DNA from: an uncultured virus (IMG/VR IMGVR_UViG_3300031565_000019)
Taxonomy: Duplodnaviria > Heunggongvirae > Uroviricota > Caudoviricetes
Reading direction: 5' to 3' (one strand)
Length of the DNA: 64,000 bases
Virus record (IMG/VR): IMGVR_UViG_3300031565_000019
Both the position numbers and the translations under genes were made by a program. The notes beneath the pieces were generated by a model, which was not told where the DNA came from, searched no databases, and saw only the letters and a program-made list of their open reading frames with translations. Positions 56,128-64,000 of this stretch are shown here, in pieces (the first letter of the stretch is position 1; every line of letters starts with the position of its first letter).

Positions 56128-57213
56128 ATGTCACAGACATCACCAGTGTGTGGACACACACTCAACTTAGACAATCTTCACTTCACTCCTGATGAACTCA
56201 GGTCATTGAATGAACTGGTTGTAACTGCTGTTCTCGAAGCACCGGAACTTTCGTCTTTCCATACCCTTGTTACCGGAATAAAGAACGATAGACGAATCGG
56301 AATAATCCCGGGAACATTCGGGCTGGTGGGGAAAGCTGCCCAAGCTTGCGATCCGGTAGCTCAGTGTTACGAGGATGTAGCTATTGAAAAGACATGGGAA
56401 CCTCGTTATCTGGAAGTCATTATAGATATGTGCGTGGATGAACTGGCAGATACATTGATGAAGCTCGCAATTAAATGCGGGGTTGATCTTTATGATCTGA
56501 CCAAAACGGAGATCTTCACATTCATTCTGAACATTCTTTCAAAGGACATTTCGAAGATGGTTTTCCGTCATGCATGGTTCGGAGATCAGAATGCTGCACA
56601 GCTTCCGGCAGGAATTTTAACTCCGGGGACTGATCCTGCTTTCTTCAATGTCATTGACGGCTTCTGGGTTCAATTAGCAGCCGTGTATGCAGCTAATCCC
56701 TTACAGCTTGCAGCACTACCGGGGAATACGCAGTTAACTTATGCCTTACAACAGTCAGTAGCAACTCCTGTATTGATGTATGCCGCAGTAAACAATGTAA
56801 TTGATTCTGCTGTTTCCGAGCTGGCAGCACAACCTGATAGGGTTCTCCTTGTCACAAGGTCAGTAATGGACAGGTTACGCAGACAACTACAGGCACTTGG
56901 AACAGCATTTCAGGACTACAAACTGATGATCAACGGGCTGGAATTTGCTACATGGGACGGAATTAGAATCGTATCTATTCCTTTATGGGATCAATGGATC
57001 AGGGCATACGAAAATAACGGAGCGAGCTGGAATGATCCTCACAGAGTTGTTTACACAACTGTCTCCAATCTAAATATTGGGATGGCCTGTACTTCACTAT
57101 TTGATAATATTAATTCGTTTTACGATCCGAGAAGTCGTTACAACAGGATTGAGGCAGTTGATGCTTTCGATGCCAAAATTATTGACGACAGGCTCTTCAT
57201 GGTAGGACGTTAA
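56128..57213 (+). CDS. major capsid protein, module 2
   Basis: 361 aa after the protease; 'AWFGD' and 'FNVIDGFW' typical of Bacteroidota phage capsids. Confidence 0.8.
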   Translation: MSQTSPVCGHTLNLDNLHFTPDELRSLNELVVTAVLEAPELSSFHTLVTGIKNDRRIGIIPGTFGLVGKAAQACDPVAQCYEDVAIEKTWEPRYLEVIIDMCVDELADTLMKLAIKCGVDLYDLTKTEIFTFILNILSKDISKMVFRHAWFGDQNAAQLPAGILTPGTDPAFFNVIDGFWVQLAAVYAANPLQLAALPGNTQLTYALQQSVATPVLMYAAVNNVIDSAVSELAAQPDRVLLVTRSVMDRLRRQLQALGTAFQDYKLMINGLEFATWDGIRIVSIPLWDQWIRAYENNGASWNDPHRVVYTTVSNLNIGMACTSLFDNINSFYDPRSRYNRIEAVDAFDAKIIDDRLFMVGR

Positions 57214-57224
57214 AAACTGACGAT

Positions 57225-57872
57225 ATGACAATAGGTTGTAACCAAATTGTAGATTGCATCCTTAAAAACTGTGAGAACCTTGTTCCAGGGATTAAGGATA
57301 TAGCGTATTTCATTAACTATGATTGTGTAGATAAGGATGGAAGCACATTTGACGAAGATAATTCTTTATTATGTACTTCACTTCTCCTGAAAGAAACATC
57401 TCCACCCTGCTATGCATATTGTGTACAGGGATATAATTTCTCGAATGAACATACCGTTGCGATGGTCAAAAAGACTTATCAAAAGGTATGGGATCATAAT
57501 TTTATTTTCAGGATATTCGATAATACTCCCGAAGTGAAATTATGGATTCAGTCAGCCGTTGACAGCCGTTTCATGATTGTCATTGAGAACAATTACAATA
57601 AACCTGGTGCTACTGCTGCTGATGATGGCAGAACTGTTTTTGAAATTCTGGGATGGGATTTCGGACTGGAATTGAATGCAGTGGAACGAAATGTCAACGA
57701 TGAGGAGTTACTTGGCGGATGGTTGCTCACTGCCGGATGTTCTGATAAATTGAAAGAGTCACTGCCTCCACTTTCGTTTTTCGCAGCAACTATTGCAGCA
57801 ACAAGGGCTGCTTTGGCTGAACTCGTAGCGCCTTGCTGCCCGGAAGAATTCCAGCCATTACCACCGGCTTAA
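57225..57872 (+). CDS. putative major tail tube protein
   Basis: 'PGI...YFIN' and 'FE.LG...GLE' pattern; position. Confidence 0.65.
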   Translation: MTIGCNQIVDCILKNCENLVPGIKDIAYFINYDCVDKDGSTFDEDNSLLCTSLLLKETSPPCYAYCVQGYNFSNEHTVAMVKKTYQKVWDHNFIFRIFDNTPEVKLWIQSAVDSRFMIVIENNYNKPGATAADDGRTVFEILGWDFGLELNAVERNVNDEELLGGWLLTAGCSDKLKESLPPLSFFAATIAATRAALAELVAPCCPEEFQPLPPA

Positions 57873-57877
57873 TATGA

Positions 57878-58408
57878 GTGCGGATTAAGTTCCGCATTTC
57901 TTTAATGATTGAGGAAGTAATATCATTCGCCCGTGAATATATTAATAAGCCTGCATACAGGACGGCTGAACGTAAAGCGAAGATAAGAGAAGCGTTAAAG
58001 CAATTAACCGGAGAAATAATTATAATTTCATGTGGAACATGTTACATAGAGGCATTATATAAAATTTTAAAACGTACAACGATGGCAACAAGCAAATATG
58101 AATTAAGAAGAGGAGTCGTTTTACAGGTGTTTGGTGATCCTACCAAGACCTGCACTAACAATACTTTGACTGATGAACTCGCAGAATGGTATCTGACATA
58201 CCATCCGGAGAAAGCTGTTTACTTTATACGGAGGCCAGCGCCGAAAGTGCCTGTTATCCCTGCCGGGATCAAGATAATTCCACCTGCTCCGAAAGTAGAA
58301 GAAATTATCCCGGAAGAGAATTTACCGGAACAGATTATTAATGCGGTAATTCCAGATAAACCAGTCAAGGAGCCTGCAAAAAAGAAATCCTATAAAGCCA
58401 AAACGTAA
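57878..58408 (+). CDS. hypothetical protein (likely start 57905)
   Basis: 'CGTC' and 'LTDE.AE.YL'; a TGCGGA/TCCGCA hairpin overlaps the GTG start. Confidence 0.6.
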   Translation: MRIKFRISLMIEEVISFAREYINKPAYRTAERKAKIREALKQLTGEIIIISCGTCYIEALYKILKRTTMATSKYELRRGVVLQVFGDPTKTCTNNTLTDELAEWYLTYHPEKAVYFIRRPAPKVPVIPAGIKIIPPAPKVEEIIPEENLPEQIINAVIPDKPVKEPAKKKSYKAKT

Positions 58409-59559
58409 TGAAAGTATCCGCTACAAAAACAGCACAGAGAGTTGAGCGGAACATTTACATTACTTCAAAAGGAATTAAGGGATACGGCACAAATAATGAT
58501 TATCCTCAAAAGGTATTAGAGATTGTAAATAGTTCCGGAACAGGCAAAACCTGTATGGATATTTATGTTAAATTTGTCGAGGGTGCTGGATTCTTAGACG
58601 AGATATTATCTAATACAGTTTTAAATTCCCGTAAGGAGCGGGCTGATTCCCTGCTCCGCAAATTCACAAAGGATCTTAAAAATTTCAATGGTTTCGCCTG
58701 TAACGTTAAATATGACGGACTTGGACTACCTTCTGAATACTTTAATATTCCATTTGAGCATTGTCGGATCGAGATAAGATCAGACGGCACGTACACGGGG
58801 AGAATTGCTGTTCATCCTGACTGGACGAATATCACTGGCAGAACATTCAGAATGGCGGATGTGAAATTTTTTAATCGTTTTGATCCCTTTAAAGTTATTG
58901 ATGAAATGACTGAGGCCGGAGGTCCGGGGGCTTATTTGGGTCAAATATTTTACTTCACGGCAGATGGCGATCTGGAATATCCCATTAGTCCTTTCGATCC
59001 TATTGTTACTGATATGCTCACAGAAGAAAGTGTTTCGACTGTCAAGCATCGTAATGCAAAGTTTAATTTTCTTCCTGCAGGGATATTGGTAAGAAAAGGC
59101 ATTAAGCCGAGAACACTTGATAATGGTTCGATTGATCCAAATGATCCTTATAATCAAGAGCAGCAAGCAAGTTCTGATTGGATTGCAAAAGCACAGGGAG
59201 ATATGAATGTCTCAAAAATATGGGTAGTTGATGTTGATGCTGATGAGGAGGTTCCTGTCTTAATTCCTTTTGATGCAAAAAATTACGATAAGGAATTTGA
59301 CTACACGGAAAAATCTGTTCAGGAGAATATCGGGGCGATGTTTATGATTCCGCCTATTTTGAGAGGTATAGATGTAGGTGCAGGATTCGGAAGTGAATTA
59401 GTCGCACAAGCTTATAATTTTATGAACTCCATTACCGGGAATGAACGCAGGATGCTCGAAACTGCCTTCCGGGATTTGTTAGAATATTATATAATTAAAT
59501 TTGCTGATTTTACAATCAGTCCTTTACAATATGTTGCACCAATAAGCCAGCCGCAATGA
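58408..59559 (+). CDS. portal protein, module 2
   Basis: 'YG..NDYPQ', 'FV.G.GF' and 'IPPILRG' motifs. Confidence 0.8.
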   Translation: MKVSATKTAQRVERNIYITSKGIKGYGTNNDYPQKVLEIVNSSGTGKTCMDIYVKFVEGAGFLDEILSNTVLNSRKERADSLLRKFTKDLKNFNGFACNVKYDGLGLPSEYFNIPFEHCRIEIRSDGTYTGRIAVHPDWTNITGRTFRMADVKFFNRFDPFKVIDEMTEAGGPGAYLGQIFYFTADGDLEYPISPFDPIVTDMLTEESVSTVKHRNAKFNFLPAGILVRKGIKPRTLDNGSIDPNDPYNQEQQASSDWIAKAQGDMNVSKIWVVDVDADEEVPVLIPFDAKNYDKEFDYTEKSVQENIGAMFMIPPILRGIDVGAGFGSELVAQAYNFMNSITGNERRMLETAFRDLLEYYIIKFADFTISPLQYVAPISQPQ

Positions 59560-60095
59560 TAGCACTTGTAACAAAAGCCGATCTGGACAACTTTAAGTAT
59601 ATAGCCGATAGCATCAAGAATGCTACTACATGGCCGCAGTTTGTTTCGGAGGCCCAGATATTGGATATCAAATCATGGCTAACGGATGCTCTATTGCTTG
59701 AAATTGTCGGACAGGCTTCCACATTGCCTACTACAATATCAGTTAATAATCAGAAGCTTTTGGATGGAGGCATTTACACTTATTTATCAAAGACGTATTA
59801 TTTTCAAGGACTTAAAGCATGCATCCTATATTATGCCTTTGCCCGGTTTACTAACCGCACTTCATTCAATTATACGGCAGCAGGGGTTGTATTGAAAGAC
59901 AGTGATTTTTCAACTCCGGCCACGACAAAGGATATTCAGCGACTTGAAACGGAGGCTAGACTGACTGCGGATGCTATCAAATGCGAAATAATAACATTCT
60001 TAAACAGAAAATATGCTGATTATCCGCTATGGGCTTCTTCCGGATGCGGAAGTCGTTGCAGCGATAACAGACCTTTCAGGGTCATTGGTGAATAA
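59556..60095 (+). CDS. head-tail adaptor-like protein (DUF6712-like)
   Basis: 'EAQ.LDIK..L', 'LLDGG.Y' and 'GLK....YY.FAR'; follows the portal. Confidence 0.65.
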   Translation: MIALVTKADLDNFKYIADSIKNATTWPQFVSEAQILDIKSWLTDALLLEIVGQASTLPTTISVNNQKLLDGGIYTYLSKTYYFQGLKACILYYAFARFTNRTSFNYTAAGVVLKDSDFSTPATTKDIQRLETEARLTADAIKCEIITFLNRKYADYPLWASSGCGSRCSDNRPFRVIGE

Positions 60096-60106
60096 AGTTA
60101 ATAAAT

Positions 60107-60463
60107 ATGAAAGAAATAGATATACAACAAAATGTTCCGGCAATAATCAGAATAGAACTTACTGACAATAATTATATTCCTGCTATTCCTTATGTTATTA
60201 CCGGCAAAACAATATTTATTTCAGTTAAAGAAGAAACGAATTTTGATCTTGATGATACAAAAGCTATAATCACAAGCAAAATCACAGCTCATACTGATCC
60301 GGCAAATGGGATAACAGAATGGATTTTGACGGCAGCAGAAACAAAACAGGCTCTTGGAAGATATAAAGCTGATGTCAGGATTTATACCGATGCTACAAAT
60401 TATGTCAATTCTGAATCGTTCTACATTAATATTATTCCTGTTGTAACACAAAGACTCATATAA
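60107..60463 (+). CDS. BppU N-terminal-like baseplate/fibre adaptor
   Basis: 'ITG.TI..SVK', 'TDPANG....L...ET' and 'G.Y.ADV'. Confidence 0.6.
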   Translation: MKEIDIQQNVPAIIRIELTDNNYIPAIPYVITGKTIFISVKEETNFDLDDTKAIITSKITAHTDPANGITEWILTAAETKQALGRYKADVRIYTDATNYVNSESFYINIIPVVTQRLI

Positions 60464-61422
60464 TGGATCATGGTATTTCAATATCTGTCAAATCACAATC
60501 AATCGGTATAAATACAGGAGGATTACAATCAATTGGTGTAAAAGTATCAGGAGGATCAAACCTTCCTGCGCCGGTAGCGGAGAATGATTTTATAGTTGCA
60601 AATACAGGACTTAATTGGATTAAAAAGACATTAGGTGAAATAAGAACAATTCTCGGACTTGGTTCGGCTGCTTATACTGAGAGTACTGATTATGCAGATT
60701 CAGTCCATGCTCATGATGAAGACTATGAACCTGCAAATACAAATATTCAGGAACATATAGCAGATAATACTCAGGCACATTCAGATTATCTTTTGAATAC
60801 AGGCGATACAGCAACGGGAGTTTATAATTTTGATACAAATACTTTTGTTATTGATAGTATAAATCATAGAGTTGGAATTGGGACGACGGAACCTGGGGGG
60901 ACTTTAGAAATAGGTAGCGGGCAATTACTTATTCCAAAGGGTCTTTCAACAGCCCCCGCTATTGCATTCTCTGGCGACAAAGATACGGGTATGTGGGCGA
61001 GTATGGCAAGCAGGTTGGGTTTCGTAGTTGATGGAACTCAAGTTATGACCGCGTCTCCAACATGGTTTCAATTTCAAGTGCAAATGCAAACTACTCCTGG
61101 GACAGCGGCCGCTCCTGGATATTCCTTTAGAAATAATGCTGATACAGGAATGTTAAGTCCAGGCGATACTCATCTTGCTTTTAGTGTTGGTGGTACTGAA
61201 AAAGTAAGAATAGAAGAAGGCGGCAACGTCGGCATCGGAACAGCAACTCCAAACGCAAATGCAATATTAGATATCACAAGTATTACTAAGGCATTTATGC
61301 CACCGAGAATGACTACTACCCAAAGGGATAATATTCCTTCACCAACAGAAGGAATGGTTATATATAATCTTACTACTCATGTGCTCAATTTCCACAATGG
61401 TACAGCATGGGACGCAGTATAA
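60463..61422 (+). CDS. tail fibre protein
   Basis: 'LGLGSAA', repeated 'VGIGT..P', 'P..SF..D.DTG' and 'PRMTTTQRD.I.SP.EG..IYN'. Confidence 0.75.
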   Translation: MDHGISISVKSQSIGINTGGLQSIGVKVSGGSNLPAPVAENDFIVANTGLNWIKKTLGEIRTILGLGSAAYTESTDYADSVHAHDEDYEPANTNIQEHIADNTQAHSDYLLNTGDTATGVYNFDTNTFVIDSINHRVGIGTTEPGGTLEIGSGQLLIPKGLSTAPAIAFSGDKDTGMWASMASRLGFVVDGTQVMTASPTWFQFQVQMQTTPGTAAAPGYSFRNNADTGMLSPGDTHLAFSVGGTEKVRIEEGGNVGIGTATPNANAILDITSITKAFMPPRMTTTQRDNIPSPTEGMVIYNLTTHVLNFHNGTAWDAV

Positions 61423-61504
61423 ATATGACACAAGCCATGCAAAACATGTATAACAAAATTTAAATAATATATATTAATTTAAATAATAATAGGAGACTAA
61501 AAAC

Positions 61505-61780
61505 ATGGCACAACCAATAAGAACAATCGGAAACATGAACATCACACGGGTAGTACCTGTGGATTTAAGCGAGGATGACTTCATAGATGAAAATGGTTTT
61601 TTCATCAGAGCAGCAGGTAATGGTGGCGATATAAAATATTGCCCTGTGGGGAACGAAAATTCCGAAGCTATTACAAAGAATTTTGCAGGATCGGATATCT
61701 TTGTTGATCCCGAAGTGTGCAGAAGGATTTTTGCGGTTGGCACTGATGCGACTGAAATTTATGCGGGATATGGTGTGTGA
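61505..61780 (+). CDS. small structural protein
   Basis: 'RI.A.GT.AT.I' C-terminal motif common in phage spike-base proteins. Confidence 0.6.
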   Translation: MAQPIRTIGNMNITRVVPVDLSEDDFIDENGFFIRAAGNGGDIKYCPVGNENSEAITKNFAGSDIFVDPEVCRRIFAVGTDATEIYAGYGV

Positions 61781-61926
61781 TGGGAATACGAATCGGAATC
61801 GGGCGAATAGTAATCGGAGGAATAGCAGAACCGATAATTGAAATAATTCCTGCTAATGCACTACTTAATGATGATGGTACACCAATTCTGAATGATGATG
61901 GATCATATATATTAACAGACGATTAA
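61780..61926 (+). CDS. 48-aa peptide with LLNDDG repeats (not in ORF track)
   Basis: MGIRIGIGRIVIGG...ALLNDDGTPILNDDGSYILTDD; coupled on both sides. Confidence 0.6.
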   Translation: MGIRIGIGRIVIGGIAEPIIEIIPANALLNDDGTPILNDDGSYILTDD

Positions 61927-61927
61927 A

Positions 61928-63073
61928 ATGAAAAAATTATTATTATTAATATCTCTTGCTATTAGCATAGGAATAAATGGGCAGAAAATAACAAATTTAA
62001 CTGAAGCCACCACGGCTCCGACAGGTTCCTTACTTATGGTGAGATCAGGGACAACAGGAAATCTTATCAAAAGGATTACCGTGGATAATTTATTATTAAA
62101 TTATATAATCAGTGCTGACACGGCTGCAATGTTAGATAAATATCTGCGTAAACAGCCTATTGATTCTCTTGGGACTGTTGGGACGGCGGTTGGATTTTAT
62201 AATAGCGCAGGAGATACAGTTCCTCCTTATATACCTTATGCAAACAGGGCAGATTTGGTAGCTGTATTAAGAGATCTTGGTGTAACTATGTTTACTGACA
62301 AATATCAACTTGTATATAACGCACTTGATATTAAGCCGGATAGCGACACCGCACATTATCAGAATGATATGGTATATAGTCTTGACAGTGCAGGATATTG
62401 GGACAGGGGAAAATTACTTTATGTTGCTGCACAAAGAAGCACGGCAGGAGCTAAGATTAACTGGATAACGCCGGGGACTTATAATCTTACTGATCCCGGC
62501 AGTACTGTTCCATCATTTATTAAATATCAGGGGTTTGATATGGATGGTTCGTCTGATTATTTTTCAACAGATTATGTTCCTGTTACTGATTCTTTACTCG
62601 CGAGTAGTCCTGCTAATTATATTGGAGTAAATTGTACAACATTGTCTGCATGGACATTAACAGGATTAAGCGCAGGCGGCAGAACTGTAATTGGTGCATT
62701 TTCCGGTACTGGTATTGGAACACACCTCGCTACATTAAACTCAATAGCTACAAAGATTAATTCAGTATCAAATTCAGTTCTTGGTGCCCAGACAGATGGG
62801 AATGGATATACGATGGCAACAAGACGAGGAAAGACAGAACTTGAAGGATATTTTAATGGTGTTATCAATGGGACAGATAATGAAGTAAGTTATTCTCTGC
62901 AAGATGATGCTTTATTTGTTGGAGCTCTTAATGATGATGGAGGGAGTGTTTTATATTTTTATGACGGTATTATTTCGATAATACTGGTTATGGATGATGT
63001 TTCGGATGCCGATGCACTTGGAATTTTTAATATTTTCAATCATTTTATGAATCACATGGGACTGGGATTATGA
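61928..63073 (+). CDS. signal-peptide structural protein; paralogue of 18168-19160
   Basis: Sec leader, 'KITNL' fibre-anchor-like motif and the shared block. Confidence 0.7.
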   Translation: MKKLLLLISLAISIGINGQKITNLTEATTAPTGSLLMVRSGTTGNLIKRITVDNLLLNYIISADTAAMLDKYLRKQPIDSLGTVGTAVGFYNSAGDTVPPYIPYANRADLVAVLRDLGVTMFTDKYQLVYNALDIKPDSDTAHYQNDMVYSLDSAGYWDRGKLLYVAAQRSTAGAKINWITPGTYNLTDPGSTVPSFIKYQGFDMDGSSDYFSTDYVPVTDSLLASSPANYIGVNCTTLSAWTLTGLSAGGRTVIGAFSGTGIGTHLATLNSIATKINSVSNSVLGAQTDGNGYTMATRRGKTELEGYFNGVINGTDNEVSYSLQDDALFVGALNDDGGSVLYFYDGIISIILVMDDVSDADALGIFNIFNHFMNHMGLGL

Positions 63074-64000
63074 AAAAACTTATATTCATACCGTTACTAT
63101 TTCTTTCAATTTCTACCTTTTGTGGGTTGCGTTATGTTTCTACAACGGGTACAGATGATACTTATCCCACTCGTGGAACATTTGCTAATCCCTGGTTAAC
63201 TTGGAACTATGCTTTTAATCATACCCCTTCAAGTGATACCTGTTATTTCAGAGGAGGTATCTATGCAACTTCTACTGGTGTATTAGTGGAGGGGCCGGTA
63301 AATGATGGTACTCACGATCACCCCACTTGTTTTTTTGCTTATCCTGATGATTGGGATGCTGGTAATTATCCTGTTCTTGATTGCTGGACAAAACCTGATG
63401 TAGGTTACGAACAAGTCGGAATAGCACTAAGGAGGTTAAGTTATTATCACTTAAAAGGATTAACAGTTAAGAATGTTCAACAACATACTTCTGATGATTT
63501 AGCTATCGGTATATATATTTCTTTTACTGCAAATCCCGCTTATAATGTTAATAATATAATATTTGAAAATTGTACAGTTCATGATTGCGGAGGACACGGA
63601 TTTTATGCGAGTTTTTATGATACATTATATTTTGTTAATTGTGATGCTTATAATATTTGTGATAGTTTAACTACATACGATCCCGGCGGGTGGGGTACTG
63701 GATTTGGACTTTATTTTAATTACTATACAGGTTCAGATAAATCTTATGCTGAATTAAAAGGTTGCAGGGCATGGCAATGTGCAGATCAGGGGTTTTCAGC
63801 TATAAGTAAAGGATTAGTAGTTTATGATAGTTGCTGGGCAGTAAACAATGGTAATATGCCCTTTCCCACAAATATTCATACTAAAGGTAGTGGATGGAAA
63901 TCGTGGGAAAGGTATAACAAGAATCCTGCTATCGTACAACTAATCTGGAAAAATTGTATTGCTGTCGATAATGAATTTCGTGGATTTAATGGTGCCGATG
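63070..64000 (+). CDS. signal-peptide beta-helix protein, truncated by the window end; paralogue of 19157-20977
   Basis: MKKLIFIPLLFLS...'WLTWNYAFN', 'YFRGGIY', 'PTCFFAYP.DW..GNYP' and 'GCRAW.C.DQGFS'. Confidence 0.75.
   Translation, partial: MKKLIFIPLLFLSISTFCGLRYVSTTGTDDTYPTRGTFANPWLTWNYAFNHTPSSDTCYFRGGIYATSTGVLVEGPVNDGTHDHPTCFFAYPDDWDAGNYPVLDCWTKPDVGYEQVGIALRRLSYYHLKGLTVKNVQQHTSDDLAIGIYISFTANPAYNVNNIIFENCTVHDCGGHGFYASFYDTLYFVNCDAYNICDSLTTYDPGGWGTGFGLYFNYYTGSDKSYAELKGCRAWQCADQGFSAISKGLVVYDSCWAVNNGNMPFPTNIHTKGSGWKSWERYNKNPAIVQLIWKNCIAVDNEFRGFNGAD

Noticed and set aside
2163..62868. Numerous short minus-strand and nested ORFs in the track
   Set aside because: They are shadows of longer + strand genes with recognisable phage motifs.
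1..64000. Integrase, att sites, canonical tRNA/rRNA genes, alternative genetic code
   Set aside because: None recognised; long genes read through intact with the standard code.

Overview
The whole 64 kb window is tailed dsDNA phage (Caudoviricetes-like) sequence, and essentially all credible genes are on the + strand. TTTG-N18/19-TAnnTTTG promoters and A-rich, SD-less start contexts point to a Bacteroidota host. Layout: (1) 444-23898 is an HK97-like virion and lysis module (TerS, TerL, portal, protease, major capsid, neck, tail, tape measure, signal-peptide-bearing fibre-like proteins, DUF5675 lysin, caspase-family peptidase). (2) 24091-37215 is an early, recombination and replication region. 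(3) 37473 to the window end is a second, unrelated virion module (TerS, PBSX-like TerL, tail genes, tape measure, glycosyltransferases, ClpP-type protease, capsid, tail tube, portal, fibres). No integrase, reverse transcriptase, Cas or recognisable Tas gene was seen. The most striking signals are non-coding. There are two promoter-to-terminator cassettes with the 36-nt dual-repeat architecture of TIGR guide-RNA arrays (37297-37377, 54548-54772), which share spacer halves. There are two copies of an unexplained element: 8 or 11 phased 48-bp units bracketed by 13-bp-arm dyad sites and by locus-specific direct repeats (about 32903-33535 and 38919-39679). There are also four promoter-proximal leaders with the same fold but no shared sequence, and a tRNA-like RNA with large inserts. 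All product calls come from motif recognition and gene order, not from database searches.
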